Shown here one piece after another: positions 35,485 to 48,700 of a DNA stretch of 64,000 nucleotides. How positions within the stretch are numbered: the first letter of the stretch is position 1; the number at the start of each line of letters is the position of its first letter. Both the position numbers and the translations under genes were made by a program. The stretch is from NCBI GenBank assembly GCA_035084275.1, contig CM068748.1:12090001-12154000 (forward strand). Reading direction: 5' to 3'. This stretch comes from Hydrolagus colliei. Taxonomy: Eukaryota. The notes beneath the pieces were generated by a model. That model was given only the letters and a program-made list of their open reading frames with translations, searched no databases and was not told where the DNA came from.

Positions 35485-36849
35485 CTGGAATAAGCATAAA
35501 ATGCTACAGGTTAATCTTTAGGAGTACATTAACACTTTTGCTGTGTGTGTATTAGTGATGGTGGTGGTGGTGGGGGGGGGAAAGAGGAGAAAGATCATTC
35601 ATTTTACTTATCAATGTAGTAGTAGTATGTAGGTCTTTAGTGTAACAGTCTGTGTATTGTATAGGTTGTGCATTGGTTTACGAATACCTGCAGTGTTTAA
35701 CATTGGCTCTAAATCTTTAAATGTCCAGGTTACGATGGATATGTTGGAAGTTTTATGATTTGAACCAACTTTGAGAAAGTGATTTATTCCATTCTACCCC
35801 ATGCAGCTAGCCCACGAACGTACAGTCAACTCATTTTACTGTATAATCTGTGAACCGTTTTGAGACGTCTAAAAGCTGTGAAAAATGCTATATCAAATGC
35901 AAGTACTATTATTATTATTATTATTATTTACGTTGGGACTTTGAACTCGGTCTAGGCTGGAGGAACGCTGCATTATTGGAGATGCCAGTCTTTAGATGAG
36001 ACATTAACCGAAATGTTGTTTGCCTGTTCAGATAGATGCACTGGATAACATTCCCCCAGTTAAATTTAATTCACTTCATGATTGTTGTGGTTATTACTGT
36101 GTTAAATTAGCTGCCGAATTTGCCTACCATCTCGATGAATTTTAAATTGTGTGTACCACTTGGACATTAATGTCAATGTTAAGGTGCTAGATCAAATACA
36201 AGGATTATTATTCCTCTTTAACTGGCTCGGCACTGAAGGACCTCAACTTTATATTGATTAAAGCTGAATTTGTAAAAGGTCACATGCTTCAGCTGATTCA
36301 TACACCAGAAATGTATAATAAAGTTGTATCTTTCATTTTAGTTCTGTGGCTGAAATTCAATTGCTGTCTCTGAAGTACACTGGGTAAAGTTACAAAATGA
36401 CAATTCCAGGAGCATGAGAACTGATGTCTAGCTTTTTGACTAAGTGAAGGATTTATTTGTGTGCCTTTAACAATCTTAAATTGCCCAAGAGATAAAAATC
36501 ATAATTCTTCACATTGCGGAGAATGCAGTAAAGGACTGCCTTTGCTTAGCGCATAAGGCAGCGCAGGATTTTGCTTGGAAATAATTGCTACACAATCAAC
36601 TGAGTTTAAGAGGCGCTGTTGATGTTTAGATCTAAAGAAATGTATAAAGTCTGCAAATGTCTAAAGTGGTAACAGATTAAATGTACAGTATATAGATATA
36701 TATTTAATAAACTAGGAAAAAATAAAGCAAATCTTGAGGCATCACTGACTGTTTGGATATTGCCATGTATGCAATAGTGTAAAATCAGATTTTCAACTAC
36801 TTTTGAAAATAAACACTAAGTCTCAGAACATACAGTGAGCATATTTCTA

Positions 36850-37213
36850 CTGTCTCCCTATTAGCCTGTCCCACTCCGTTCAGCGGGCTCTGGCCTGCTC
36901 CATGTCCCCTGCCTGAACCGCCCTACCATCGGTGGCCGGGCTTTCAGCCTCTCTGCCCCCACACTCTGGAACTCCATCCTGCAATCCCTTCCCCTCGCTT
37001 CCTCCTACCTTTCCTGCTTCAAGGCCGGTCTAAAGATCTTCCTCTTTGACCACACCTTCTGCTATCCTCCTAACTTTCCCTCCTTTCCTGCTCTCCATCC
37101 CACTGCCCCTATCCCGACCCCCACACCTTGCTCGGTTCCCTACCTAACTGTTCAGCACCTTGGGATGTCCTCCCGACGTGAAAGGTGCTCTATAAATATA
37201 ATTTTGTTGTTGT
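36850..37213 (+). mobile_element. L2 LINE 3' fragment (subfamily A)
   Basis: Colinear with 34260-34624 and 58010-58383. Confidence 0.85.
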
Positions 37214-39519
37214 AATCAGAAGTGAGTCAGCCTAAACTAGAACAATTTACATAGGATCAATGTCTTGAAGCGCATGTGATATTAGGAGCACTGAGCAAAG
37301 AGGAAAGGAAGGAGAATTTAAATGCTGACCAGAGGCATTGTTTCAGGAGGTAGGATATCAAATGGGATTTGAAAGCAGGTAGGAAAAAAGTAGGGTGAAT
37401 GTAGACTATTGGTTATATCATCAAAAGCAAAGTTTGTCTGAGAGTGTTTTACATTGATAGCATACTATGGTACATTCTCCTTTAAAAAATGTTCAGCACT
37501 TAATTAAATCAAGCACCGTATAAATTAGCAATTCAAATCATTATGTACTGTAATACCAGCTGCTGTATCTTAGTTACAATGGGGTCCCAGTGCTTCTTGA
37601 AATGGTGGCACAAAACAGATTGAATATTTATTGGAATCTAGTGCACAGCAAAATAGTCAGTAGCATCTTCACAAGTATGGAGTAAACATTATGAGGTCAG
37701 ATTTCATGGCAGCAATTATATATTTCTCAAATTTGTCTTCGTTCGAACCCTTGTCTGTTTGAAAAAAAACTCCAATGCATAAATAATGAACTTTTTTTGT
37801 TTCTCCAAAATGTCTAGCGTTTTGTGACTATGCATTGATGAGCAAAACTCTGCAAAAAAAAATAGTATTATAATAGATTAGGATCAGTGATACCCTAACA
37901 CCTTGCGGCTGGTGGTAGTGGAATGGAGCCCCACAAATACATTTATACACATGCCTGATAATAATCCCTCAAGGAGAAAAAACAATAAAAAATTGGTCAT
38001 TTCAATCCACGACTGTTTGTGGGACACTGCTGTGTGCAACTGGCTGACGCGTTTCGCCCACAAATATACCGCCAATTCACTTTACAGTATATTCTGTGAA
38101 GCACTTTTAGACATCTAGAAGATGTGAAAAATGCTATATCAAATGCAAGGATTGCTATTATTATTATTATTACAAGACTCAGAAAAGGTTTCTCAGACCA
38201 TCAGGAAGTTTGACATCACTGTCAGAAAATTTGACTTTAAAAGTTATTTGCCATCATAAACAAGTAACCCATTCCTCCAGACCACTACAGCAAAAGATCT
38301 AGTTTTCAGAACGCCTGTATACACAGTACTGTGGTTTATGGATATGTAGTGTATTGCTCTTTTAATATCAGCATCAAGAACAAAAGCATTTCCACAAATA
38401 AGTTGATTTCTTATGACTTGATGAATGATAGTAACCAAAGAGCCGTTAAGAAAAGTAGCTGCTCGATAATTGTGCGCATCTCACTGAAGTCTGAACCGTG
38501 GCATCAGTGGATTTTGAATCCAATCCCAGGCATCAACAAACAGGCTGATAAAGAATGGAAAGCTTGTATTAGGACAGATGATCAAGCAAGAGGGACCTTT
38601 GGAACAATATTCACCTTAATTAATTAAAGCCTCTGCATTGTAATATCCATAAAATCCCACATTTTTGCAGGAGTCGTGGAAGCAGTTATAGATTGGGAGT
38701 AAAGTCATATGCTGCTTGCTGAAGTTGGGGATACTCGTGTAAATGCTGTTAACTCCAGTGGCAATTGTTGTCTCCCTTTTTGTTCTATAAATGTAATTTT
38801 GTTGTTTGTCACAACAGTTCCATTAATTTGGAAAGCAAACTTCAATGTAATCACTCAGCTGTCGCTCTGTGGAAATTGATGTTTGTATTTTAACTTCCAA
38901 ATACTGCATCTTTGGTATTTAAGGTCAGCCTAGACTACAGGAGTTCAAAGTCCCAACGTGGGCCTTGAACTCATAACCTTCTGACTCCGAGGTGAGAATA
39001 TTACCAAATGAGCCAGGTCTACCAAACATGATCTGCTGCTGATTATTTTCTAAAGGATTCAATGAAATTACATTCTCATATATACTGCATAATACTGCAG
39101 TGGTACAAAACAACAGTCCTGGGTGTATACAGTACAGAAATATACAAAGGGTCAATGCATGTAAAATAAACCTCACACATTTGTCATTTGGGATCACACA
39201 TTTAATGTGACTTATGTCAAATTCGCATTGAGTATAAACTCTTGAACATTATTTGAGCAGATCGACGACTAAGACAGATCAGACTTGTGTGTATGTTTTA
39301 CTATATACATTAAGTATTATAACATAATGCAAAGTGGTATACTTCTCCACAACACATTACGTGGTTCTTTATACACTGTACAGCGGTTAAAATTGTTGCA
39401 GATTTTTCCAGTGGAGGAAAAGCCAGGAGCAAAACATCTGTCCACAGTAATTGGAAAGGGAGGAGAAATATACATAAGTCTTCTATTGCCTGAAAATCCA
39501 TTGCTATTGCTGGGAGACC

Positions 39520-39688
39520 CAGGACCAATTAAACTACGTAAATACTGGCCCGCCTCTTTCAGTTTCAAGCCTCTTTCTGACAAATAACATTTGCAGAGTC
39601 AAGGCTCATACAGGAAATATCGGTTTATTCGGCTTCTTGCACAAAAAGTTAGCAGATGAAGGAAGAATAATTCAGAGAAGAAAAACAA
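39520..39688 (+). promoter_or_regulatory. Putative VSIR proximal promoter and 5' UTR
   Basis: CCAAT 39525-39529, GC-box-like GGCCCGCC 39547-39554, ISRE-like TTTCAGTTTC 39557-39566, ETS core CAGGAAAT 39611-39618 and uORF ATGAAGGAAGAATAA 39656-39670, all just upstream of the signal-peptide ATG; TSS not known. Confidence 0.5.
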
Positions 39689-39764
39689 ATGGATATTCAA
39701 AGCAAGATAAAACCCCAGCTCCTAGTCTGGAGTGCCATTCTGCTTTTAAACACTGTTACAAAAG
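39689..39764 (+). CDS. VSIR: VSIR exon 1, signal peptide
   Basis: acaaATGG Kozak context; [25 protein letters not shown] then G|gtaaga (phase 1, fits exon 2). Best signal-peptide-like exon found upstream; assigned by composition and phase, not sequence identity. Confidence 0.8.
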
Positions 39765-42700
39765 GTAAGATTGTTGCTGGAATAACAAAATTGTGTAGTC
39801 ATTTCAAACGTTACATTGAAGCTTGCGATTGAAACACAACTATAGTTCCAAACAGTGGCAGGCTTGAGGGCTGTTAGAAATGTTATTGAGAGCGTGTCAG
39901 AAGGAGCAATTTCTAAGTTTGTGAATTTGTAAACTGAGGCTGATTTGTTGCATTTTTCATTGCTGTATTTGCTGGACAAAACAGGCAAGAGGTATGTGTT
40001 TATCTCTAACTCTTGAGTTAGAGATAAACACTGCTATTCAGTGAGCAAAATAATGTGCACAAGTCCTTGAATCAGAAAGTATAAATCAATTGCAGGAACT
40101 GTAATTTATGCTATACTCTATACCTAGTTTGGACATGTGCAGAACCATTTCACTAATTTATGTAGTATTTGGAATTTATGAGGTACAATTTTTTATGATT
40201 CAAGGGGTACAATACTAATGTAGGCAGTAGTGACCTTCATTTTAATACAAGAAGCAAGTGTACTTCAAAGAGTAATTTACTGTTTAGTGTTCAATACCTT
40301 TCTTCAGTTCTGCTTGCTGGAATCAATAAAATGTTTAAAAACGCACTGTTCAGTTGGATGCTTTTCTTTTTTGATGTTGCCACTGAATAGAGCAAATTGT
40401 TTGTTACCGCTCCCAGGCAAAATAACTAATTACAGTTGTGCACGTTCTGAAACTGGCTTCAAAGACAAACCTTTCAATGATAAACAAAACAATTTTCCAA
40501 ACTAATTTGTTTCAGGCAATTTTTCGCTTCAGAGAAAATATGCTTAAATCAGTTATTTTAATTTACGTTCAATTTAGGTGAATTGACATAGATTGACATA
40601 GATTGGTGAATTTAATTGGAATTGACATTTTAATTTATGCAAAGGAAACTGCTGCTAACTTTTCACTAGAAATTTACATCTTCTGGTTGCTTGAAAGAAC
40701 TACATGTTTTATCTTGTCATAAAAGCACATTAACTTTCACGTATGATGCAAAACACCAATGGCCAAAATCTGAAGACATGACTTGACTATGCATGTAGAA
40801 CTTTCATCAGTGACTTGGTCAGAGCAATACGAATGGACGCAGTACAAACTGTATAATGTGCTACTCTTTTTATTCTCTGTAGCTTCTGTAGCTGGAAACA
40901 TCGGTAAAAGGGCAGTTCTATATAATTTTCTGTATTGACATATTTTGTTTAATCACATAAGCATATGGAAATCAAATTTTATGCAATTAGTTTATATGTT
41001 ATGCAGAGGCTTGGAAACAGGATGTGCAACATTTTCCATTTCAATAAATGACAGCATTGAGTTAACTTATGGCAAAGTTGTTTACTCATGATTCAAGCAG
41101 CAGCTGTTTCTCATTGAACTTTATAATTTCCCCAACCCTCTTCTGTCCCTGAAGCTTCTCTATGCAGCTGTCCAGAATTATTTTGCAGTTCTGACTCTTT
41201 TTTAAAAAAATCTTCCTTTCATAACTAATTCTTTTGAGATCCTCTGATTCAGAGGGTGTCTACTATCTTACATATTGTCCTATTCTTTGTAGTTGATAGA
41301 CCTCTTAATTATACTATAAGAATCCTGAGAACCAGAGATTTATAGTCAGTATCTGGTTTTATTGTTGCATATTCTTGTACAGTGATAGAACAGGTGTAAC
41401 TAGTTAAATGGCCTACTCCTCTAATGTGCAACCGAATGTCACAAAGGAAGGATTGGATTCCAGGAAAAGTAATTAACATGAAATTTACCTCTGGTAAAAC
41501 CATTCTAGTTTGCATAATCCTGTGGATAAGATATAGGTATTAAATGCAGTCTATGAAATACTATGGTACCTTTACAGCTGTTCGCTATAGAAAGTCATAG
41601 ATGGAAGGCTTTTAAAAATAAATTAGAACACTGAATGAGATGCCAGTAGGTGCAAAGACTCATGGCTTTGGGGGAAAGAAAGCCTTGATTTGTATACTTC
41701 AACAGGATATGAAATGTAAATATGAAACTGCTGTTTATGCAGTGCTCTAATATGAATGATATAAGAAGTGTTTGGTGATGGGTTCACTATGAGCATACGT
41801 GCATATGTTATTTTGATTCGAAAATCCTAAAATTAATGTCTGGACTAATGTTCGGCAAAGTTGACTGGAGTAGTGAATGATGGTCTAATTCTGGATACAG
41901 TCAATGGAATCTGAATTGCCCAAATAGACTTCTGATAACTTTAGTATTAATTCACCTGATGGAAATTGTGATTCTTTATGAACTATTAAAAATGAACTGA
42001 TCAGCCAAATGAGGTGTGAAATAAATGGTTTCTTACAGACTGAGTCTTACGTATAATAGGTTTACCCTAGCGGTGAGAAATTCTACCACCAATTAAGTCT
42101 AAGGTTGTTTTTTTTAAAAAACGGAGCTCTTTAAATAATGACACCATATAGCTAAACTGATGTCTGCTTCCTGTAATAAAATAATGAGAAATTAGCCATC
42201 TTCAATTCTTCAATCCTCTCACTATTTAGTGTAATCCAACGGTAGCTTAATTTACTAGTAAAAAAATCTCTTCAGGAATTTCTACGACTAGAGTATACAT
42301 TTCCACTGTCAACACATTGAAGGGCTATGGTTTCACTCATTTATCTTTCTTATAATGGCACACAACCAAATCGAAACATACACTACCATGTTATTCACCT
42401 AACATAGCGCCTTTCACGCCAGGAGGTCATCCCAAGGCACTATAAAAGTATAATTTTGTTGTTATTATTGTTGTAGCACTACATTGGTAAATTGGAGTGA
42501 TGCAAATGGCAGACCCAGCAGACCCTGCTCTATGTCCCCCGACCCACCGGCCCCCCTGGACAGTTATTGTTTCAGACAATAACTGAGCTGGAGTTGGGGA
42601 CGGTGAGGATGGAGGGAAAGGGGGGGAATTTGGGGTGACCGATAGGACCATCAACGAGGAGGGACTTGAAGGAGGCTTGGGAGGGGGCGAAGTGGAGGAG

Positions 42701-45700
42701 TTCCAGAGGTTGGGGGCAGAGTGGCTGAAGGCTCGCTCCTCAATAGTGGAGCGGGTGGGTTGAGGGACATGGAGCAGGGTCTGCTGAGTCTGTTGAGCGG
42801 AGGAGGTGGGCAGGTTGGTACGGGTTAGGTGGTCGCAGATATAGGGTGGGGCGAGGCCATGGAGGGCTTTGAATGTGAGCACCAGGATCTTGAATTGAAT
42901 CCTCTGAATGATGGGGCGCCAATGGAGTGGGGCAAGGATGGGGGAGGTGGGGTCACTAAATTTGATGCTCCTACATTTAATAGAAGAACATCTATTATCA
43001 CAACCTGTTCAACTATTTATAAAGAACTCAACATTATTGGAAAATTAAACACCAACATAAATATGGAAGAATTTTGCAGCACAAATTATTACTTAGCTAA
43101 AAACAAATTCACAACATCTTTGCTCAATTTGAAGCATTTCTACATCCGAGGCACTAAGTTCTGGAAAAAACCCCACTTCAAAACCTCAACTCTCATTGTA
43201 GGCTAACACTGAAGACCAGTAAGGAGGGGTTTGAGATTTTGTCATTTGGATGAAACCTAAGTTCTGGTTTCTCTCGTCAGGTAAATACTAAAGATACTAT
43301 TACCGTACTCCCTATACCCTGACCACTAATTTTCTGACTAATTTACACTGAACGAGCCCTTGTTTACTGCATGTTCAACATTGCTGCCAATGGATCCAGT
43401 ATAAAGCACTTGAATAAAGGATGCCAGCACTCAATAGTTAAATCCTGTTGCCTGAAAAGGAAGTATGTACTTTCACTGTAACATTCGAATAAACTACTTC
43501 CCAAAAGAGTGATTTCAGGAGAAAAATGTTTTCACTGAATTGGCTGACAATGGAAAAATTCTATTTCTTTACATTCTTCCAGTGATGTAATTACATTCTG
43601 CCACTTCCTTAGTTCTGCCATGCCTTCTTCAAATCATCATTTAGCAAACTCATCATTTCTTGTGAGAAGAGACACCTTCACACAGAACCATGATGCTGCC
43701 GCACATGCTTGTAAACAAAGGGCTGACTGAGACACGTCTCACCGTGTGCCTTTCAACCAGGAGTAACTTGGTGCACAGATTGTGCATTATTTTGCTGCCA
43801 ATAATGGAGCATTGTAAGGAATTGGAAATTTTTAAGACCATGACCTTTTTAAAGCTAGATTCTTTTGGTGGGCGTATGTGTGGGTGGGGAGGCTAAGACC
43901 TTGTCACTTTCTGTAACCCGAATTACCAACTTTGGAGATTCTTGAAAATTGAGACCAAATAGTAAAGATCAGTCTTTCATACTTTTGAGTTAAAAATACC
44001 CCCTGTAAATTGTGAACTAACACTACGAGTAAAATAATAAAAGTAGCTTCCCTCGTGAAGTCCATTGATCCATAAAAGTCAGCAAAACCACACAATGCTG
44101 TCGTGCACACGGCTCAAAGAAGTCTCAGTGCAGAGCTCAATGTTAATAAAGTTCATTAAAGTTGAACGTACTGAAAGGATTGTATGAAGTTTAACCTCTT
44201 CAAATATTGTGGCTCAGTGCTTGGAAAACAGTTATTGAGAACAAGAAAATTCTATTCTACAAATTGCAGACTTTTATAATGTATTTCCTGGAATTCATGA
44301 AGGAATCATGTGAATGTCTGTTACTGAGGTTTTTTCAATTTTTAAGATTACACAATGAGTGCCACATGTTACAGGAGGGCTATGTAGTTGAGAAGCATCA
44401 GAACAAGCATTCGTACTGAAGGAACATTTAATATTTACAATAGATTCCTAGAAATCTGTTTAGTTCTGGATCAACTGATACCTTTAAAGGGCAATTGAAT
44501 CCGTATGGAATAGGAAAGAGGATTGAGAGTTATAAGTTCAATAACAGTTTTGCATGTTTCTCATGATTGTTGAGAAAGGCAAATAGAAGAAGCTGCAATG
44601 TTTGGATTATCATAGGCTATGGAAGGAATGAATAGCCGAGGCCCGCCCTGGCTTTCTTTCAAAGCACAACTCAGTTTACAAGAAGGGATTACAACAGGCA
44701 CATATGATAGGAATTGTATTATGTCAACTTTAACATCCCATCTCCACCCATTTATATCACAAAACATCAACTGAAACAAATTGGGAGAATGTGAATATAT
44801 AAGTAGATCTCTATCTTAGGTGGAGTTGCTCATTGCAGTTAGATACTGTCATTATGTTATCCATACTGTAGCTTTATTCACAGTACTCAAATCCCTCCAC
44901 TCTTCTGCACCCACCTACCTCTCCGATCTCCCCTCTCCTCACAACAGTACCCGTTGCCTTTGCTCCACCGGGACTGGCCTCCTACTTGTCCCCTGAATCC
45001 TCCACTCCACTATCGGTGGCCGTGCCTTCAACCACTACGCCACAAAGGTCTGGAACTCCCTTCCTCACTCCTTTTGCCTCGCCTTCTGTCTTCCTACTTT
45101 CACGTCTCAGCTAAAGACCTTTCTTTTCGACTGCACTTTCGGTCACCCTTTTCCCCCTCCCCCTGGCTCGGCCCCAGAATCCACTATTGAGAAGCACTCT
45201 GAGATGCCATCCGGTGTGGAGGGCGCTATATAAATCCAAGTTGTTGTTGTTCTTGTTACTCACATTTTATAATTTATTACAGATCTTTAGCTATGTCAGA
45301 CTCATCTGCTTTCGGTCAGCGTCTGGAAGTAATGCACAGAATGATTATACAGTATGTATTGCTTTGACACCAAAGTCTATGCAACACATAGACTTTCAAA
45401 TAAAATAATCAACCTGTGAATTCCCATACCAGAATGTTTGCTTTGTTAGCCTCCGCATTATGGAGATGTAAAAGCTGGTTCTGTATATTGTAAAGAACGT
45501 GGGCTCTTATTTGTAACATTACATTTTATACAGAAATTCTGAACTATTTGGGCCTTAGAACACTAATTGACAAGCTGCTCTTTCATCAAACAGTTTATCC
45601 TACATTAAACCTACAACTAGGGAACGGCGATATGGGAATTGTCTGGATATGGATAAATCGGTTGGCTCATATCGAGATATACCGAACTACCGATATTTTC

Positions 45701-48700
45701 AGTTTTTTCGTACTGCGCATGCGCGCGCGCATCGGAGTGCGCGCGCATTCCGGGGCCTATCTTCTCAGGAGGTAAATATCTTTCTCTCTCTGTGTCTCTC
45801 ACTCTCTCCATCTCTGTGTTTTTCTGTCTGTGTCTCTCTATGTCTCTCTCCCTCTCTCCTCTCTCACGTCTCCCCCCATCTCTATCTATCTGTATATTAT
45901 CACATCCACCCCGTCTCTCCCCCCACCCCCCCGCCGTCCCTCTCTCGCACCCCCCACCCCTGTCGTCTCTCTCCCCCACCACCCCCCCAGCCGTCTCTTT
46001 CTCCCTCCCCCCCCCCCCGCCGTCTCTCTCTCCCTCCCCCCCCAGCCACAGCCGTCTCTCTCCCCCCACCCCTTGCATACCTGTATATTGTATTCGAGGA
46101 CTATGAATACAAGATGGCGGCTTTGCACCTCGGTCTGTGCATTGTGTATAGAGATGAGCATTCTGGGTCTTGTAGTTGATTGTGCTCGCATCCCGATTTT
46201 TTACCTCGATATATTGTTTTTCGATATATCGGTATTTTTAAAATGTCTATATCGGCATATCGATATGAAAATCATATCGGGTTTTAGCGATATACCGATA
46301 TATCGCCGTTCCCTACCTACTACTCTACTGGTTTATCCAGTCTGCAATCTACATATGAGTCAGGACGTCTCTTGCACTGTAATTTCATAAGATAATTCAG
46401 TTCACTTTAAATCTGTCTAATATAGAAATCTTCAAATTAATTTAAGTGTAGATTTTAGCAATTGTCAAAGGGAACATATTCAAATTAAGCAATTATGGCA
46501 ACAAGCTGAGTTGCATCAAGAACCAGAGAAGAAGCAATTTGAAATGGAGGAGGACAGACTGCATTGAGCAGACTGCTTCTTTTAGTGAAGAACATGTAAC
46601 ATCCTTTATCACCACTGTCTAGTTCTGTTTCTGTTTGAGGAAGTCTGTTTAAAATGTGGATCTCCTGGTACATTTCAAACATATCAGAAACCCGGTTGAA
46701 CCCCACCCCCCCAAAAAAAATTGCACATAACCAAAATACTGGAAAAGTTCAGCACGGCAAGCAGCATTTGAAAAAGAAAGCAGCAAAATACAATATTTTT
46801 GGCTGGGATCCATGAGATCCAAGGGTCCCACCCAAAATAATCTGTCCAGAAGTGATTAATCTGCTCTTTACAATGTTGTCCCTCAAGGCCTGGAATCATT
46901 AGTATTGTTGGGAAATGCATTACAGTTTTGCCCAGAAATATACAGTCAATTCACTTTACATTATATTCTATGAAGTGTTTTGAGACGTCTAGAAGATATG
47001 AAAAGCTCTATGTCAAATGCAAGAATTATTATTATTTTATTATAAAAGGGAGTTCTCAGATTTTGCTGAGCTCGCTGATCGAACCCTATAATACATTCAA
47101 CAGAATCCAGTCTTACAATGTTCTTTACTCCTCTGGATACTTTTACAATTGAACAGCATGAAAAGTGTTTTTGAGCTGCTGGTAATGTCTTATTAGAAAG
47201 TACAACAGGGTAGTAGATACTCTACTTCCCATTTACTCTGTCCTGACACAGTTGCGGTGGCTTTTTACTAAATAAGAAACTGATAAAGATTAATTGGCGT
47301 TTAATGATAGATAACATTTTCCAAACCGGATTTGCAGTAATAAATACTTGGCTAGGAAAAGAATATGGTTCTGGACATGTACGTCTCTAAGGTTCTGAAG
47401 ATTGGTATATGCTGATGTAAGCAAATATATGATACACAATGGTTTCTCTTCCCTTTATTCATGCCGACTACGCACTCATTGTCGGGCTTGCATAAATATC
47501 AATCCACACAAAAGTAAGGGAAGCATCAGGCAAGTGTTGGCTGTGACCCTGAGGTTATTCTTGGTTCCCTTTTGGAACAGACCATAGTTTGTGGAGGGAC
47601 TATTGTGCTATGTGGAGAGCAAAGGAAAGTGCAGGTTATTAGTCCTTTTCTAGTTTTACTCTTTTTTAAAAACTTCTGTGTTACGCAAGATGGATTGGTA
47701 ATCATCCAAGCCCAACAGGGAGTTGTGCAGTCTGTATGTATGACGGGAAGAGAGACCATTCTGACTCTAATGCAATATAATGGAATGGAACAAAAATGTC
47801 AGTGTGTTTGGAAAATACCAGAGTCTGGCCAACCCAAGACCAGCTGTTTTTCTCCTGCTTATACAGTTTAAAAAACATTCTGTGTGGTGTCGCGGGTTTT
47901 ATCTGACTGCAGCAACGACCAAAATAAAATAATGAAGGCCCCCCCACACAAAAAATTCTACAACATTAGATTGAAATCGCTAATTAAATTAAATGGCTGG
48001 TTTGCGGACTGACCATATGGGTTGAGCTGATGGGATGGTGATTGGAGCATGAATTTCCGGTTGGTTTAATCGGAAATAAAGGTGAATTGTAGTCTTAGAT
48101 CTGCACTGTTTAATATGACCACTGTCCAGGGTAAATAAATTTTACACCTTAATGGGAACTGACATAACGAGAAACACATTTTGCAGATACTTTTGGTTTG
48201 TTTGTGAGCTGGAATTACCACAACTCTGTGCAAGTTTAAATTCGAACCCTATTGTTAGAGGAATGAGCGATGAGCAATGATTACTTAAGCTACAACTATT
48301 CAGTATTGATAACTGTCCTAGACCATCCATAAAAAAGGGAATGAAAATGTAAACCCAGAACAATATTTAGGATATATCAAATAAAATGAAGTAGGTTTGA
48401 AGTGGCGAAGCTCAACATCAGAACAGACACCAACAGGCATTTCTTTACTCAGAGAGTAATTAACGACTAGAACAGGTTGCTGGGAAGCGTGGTTGAGTCC
48501 AGGATTATGGACTCATTTAAATGTTCTACTGGGAAGATAGTAGGGTAGGTATTCTGTGAAAGATGAGATCATCTAGGTTGAAGGGCCATCATCATCCAAG
48601 CCCAATCTTGTGAAACTGCCTACATCTGCAAACAAACAGCTCACGAGTAAAACTGGTAATTTGATAAAAAGAGTACCCTGTTCTCTCATTCAGGAAGTGG

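Noticed and set aside
630-37213. LINE fragments mostly antisense to CDH23 outside VSIR but mixed inside it
   Set aside because: Too few elements to be meaningful, and antisense bias in introns is already well known
43250-43286. ATG...[11 protein letters not shown]|gtaaat as VSIR exon 1
   Set aside because: Lies in a degenerate SINE core and is too short for a signal peptide; 39689-39764 fits much better
45617-46390. Several overlapping 100-186 aa Pro/Ser/Gly-rich ORFs (also 53216-53737)
   Set aside because: Produced by low-complexity CT/C tracts inside MITEs
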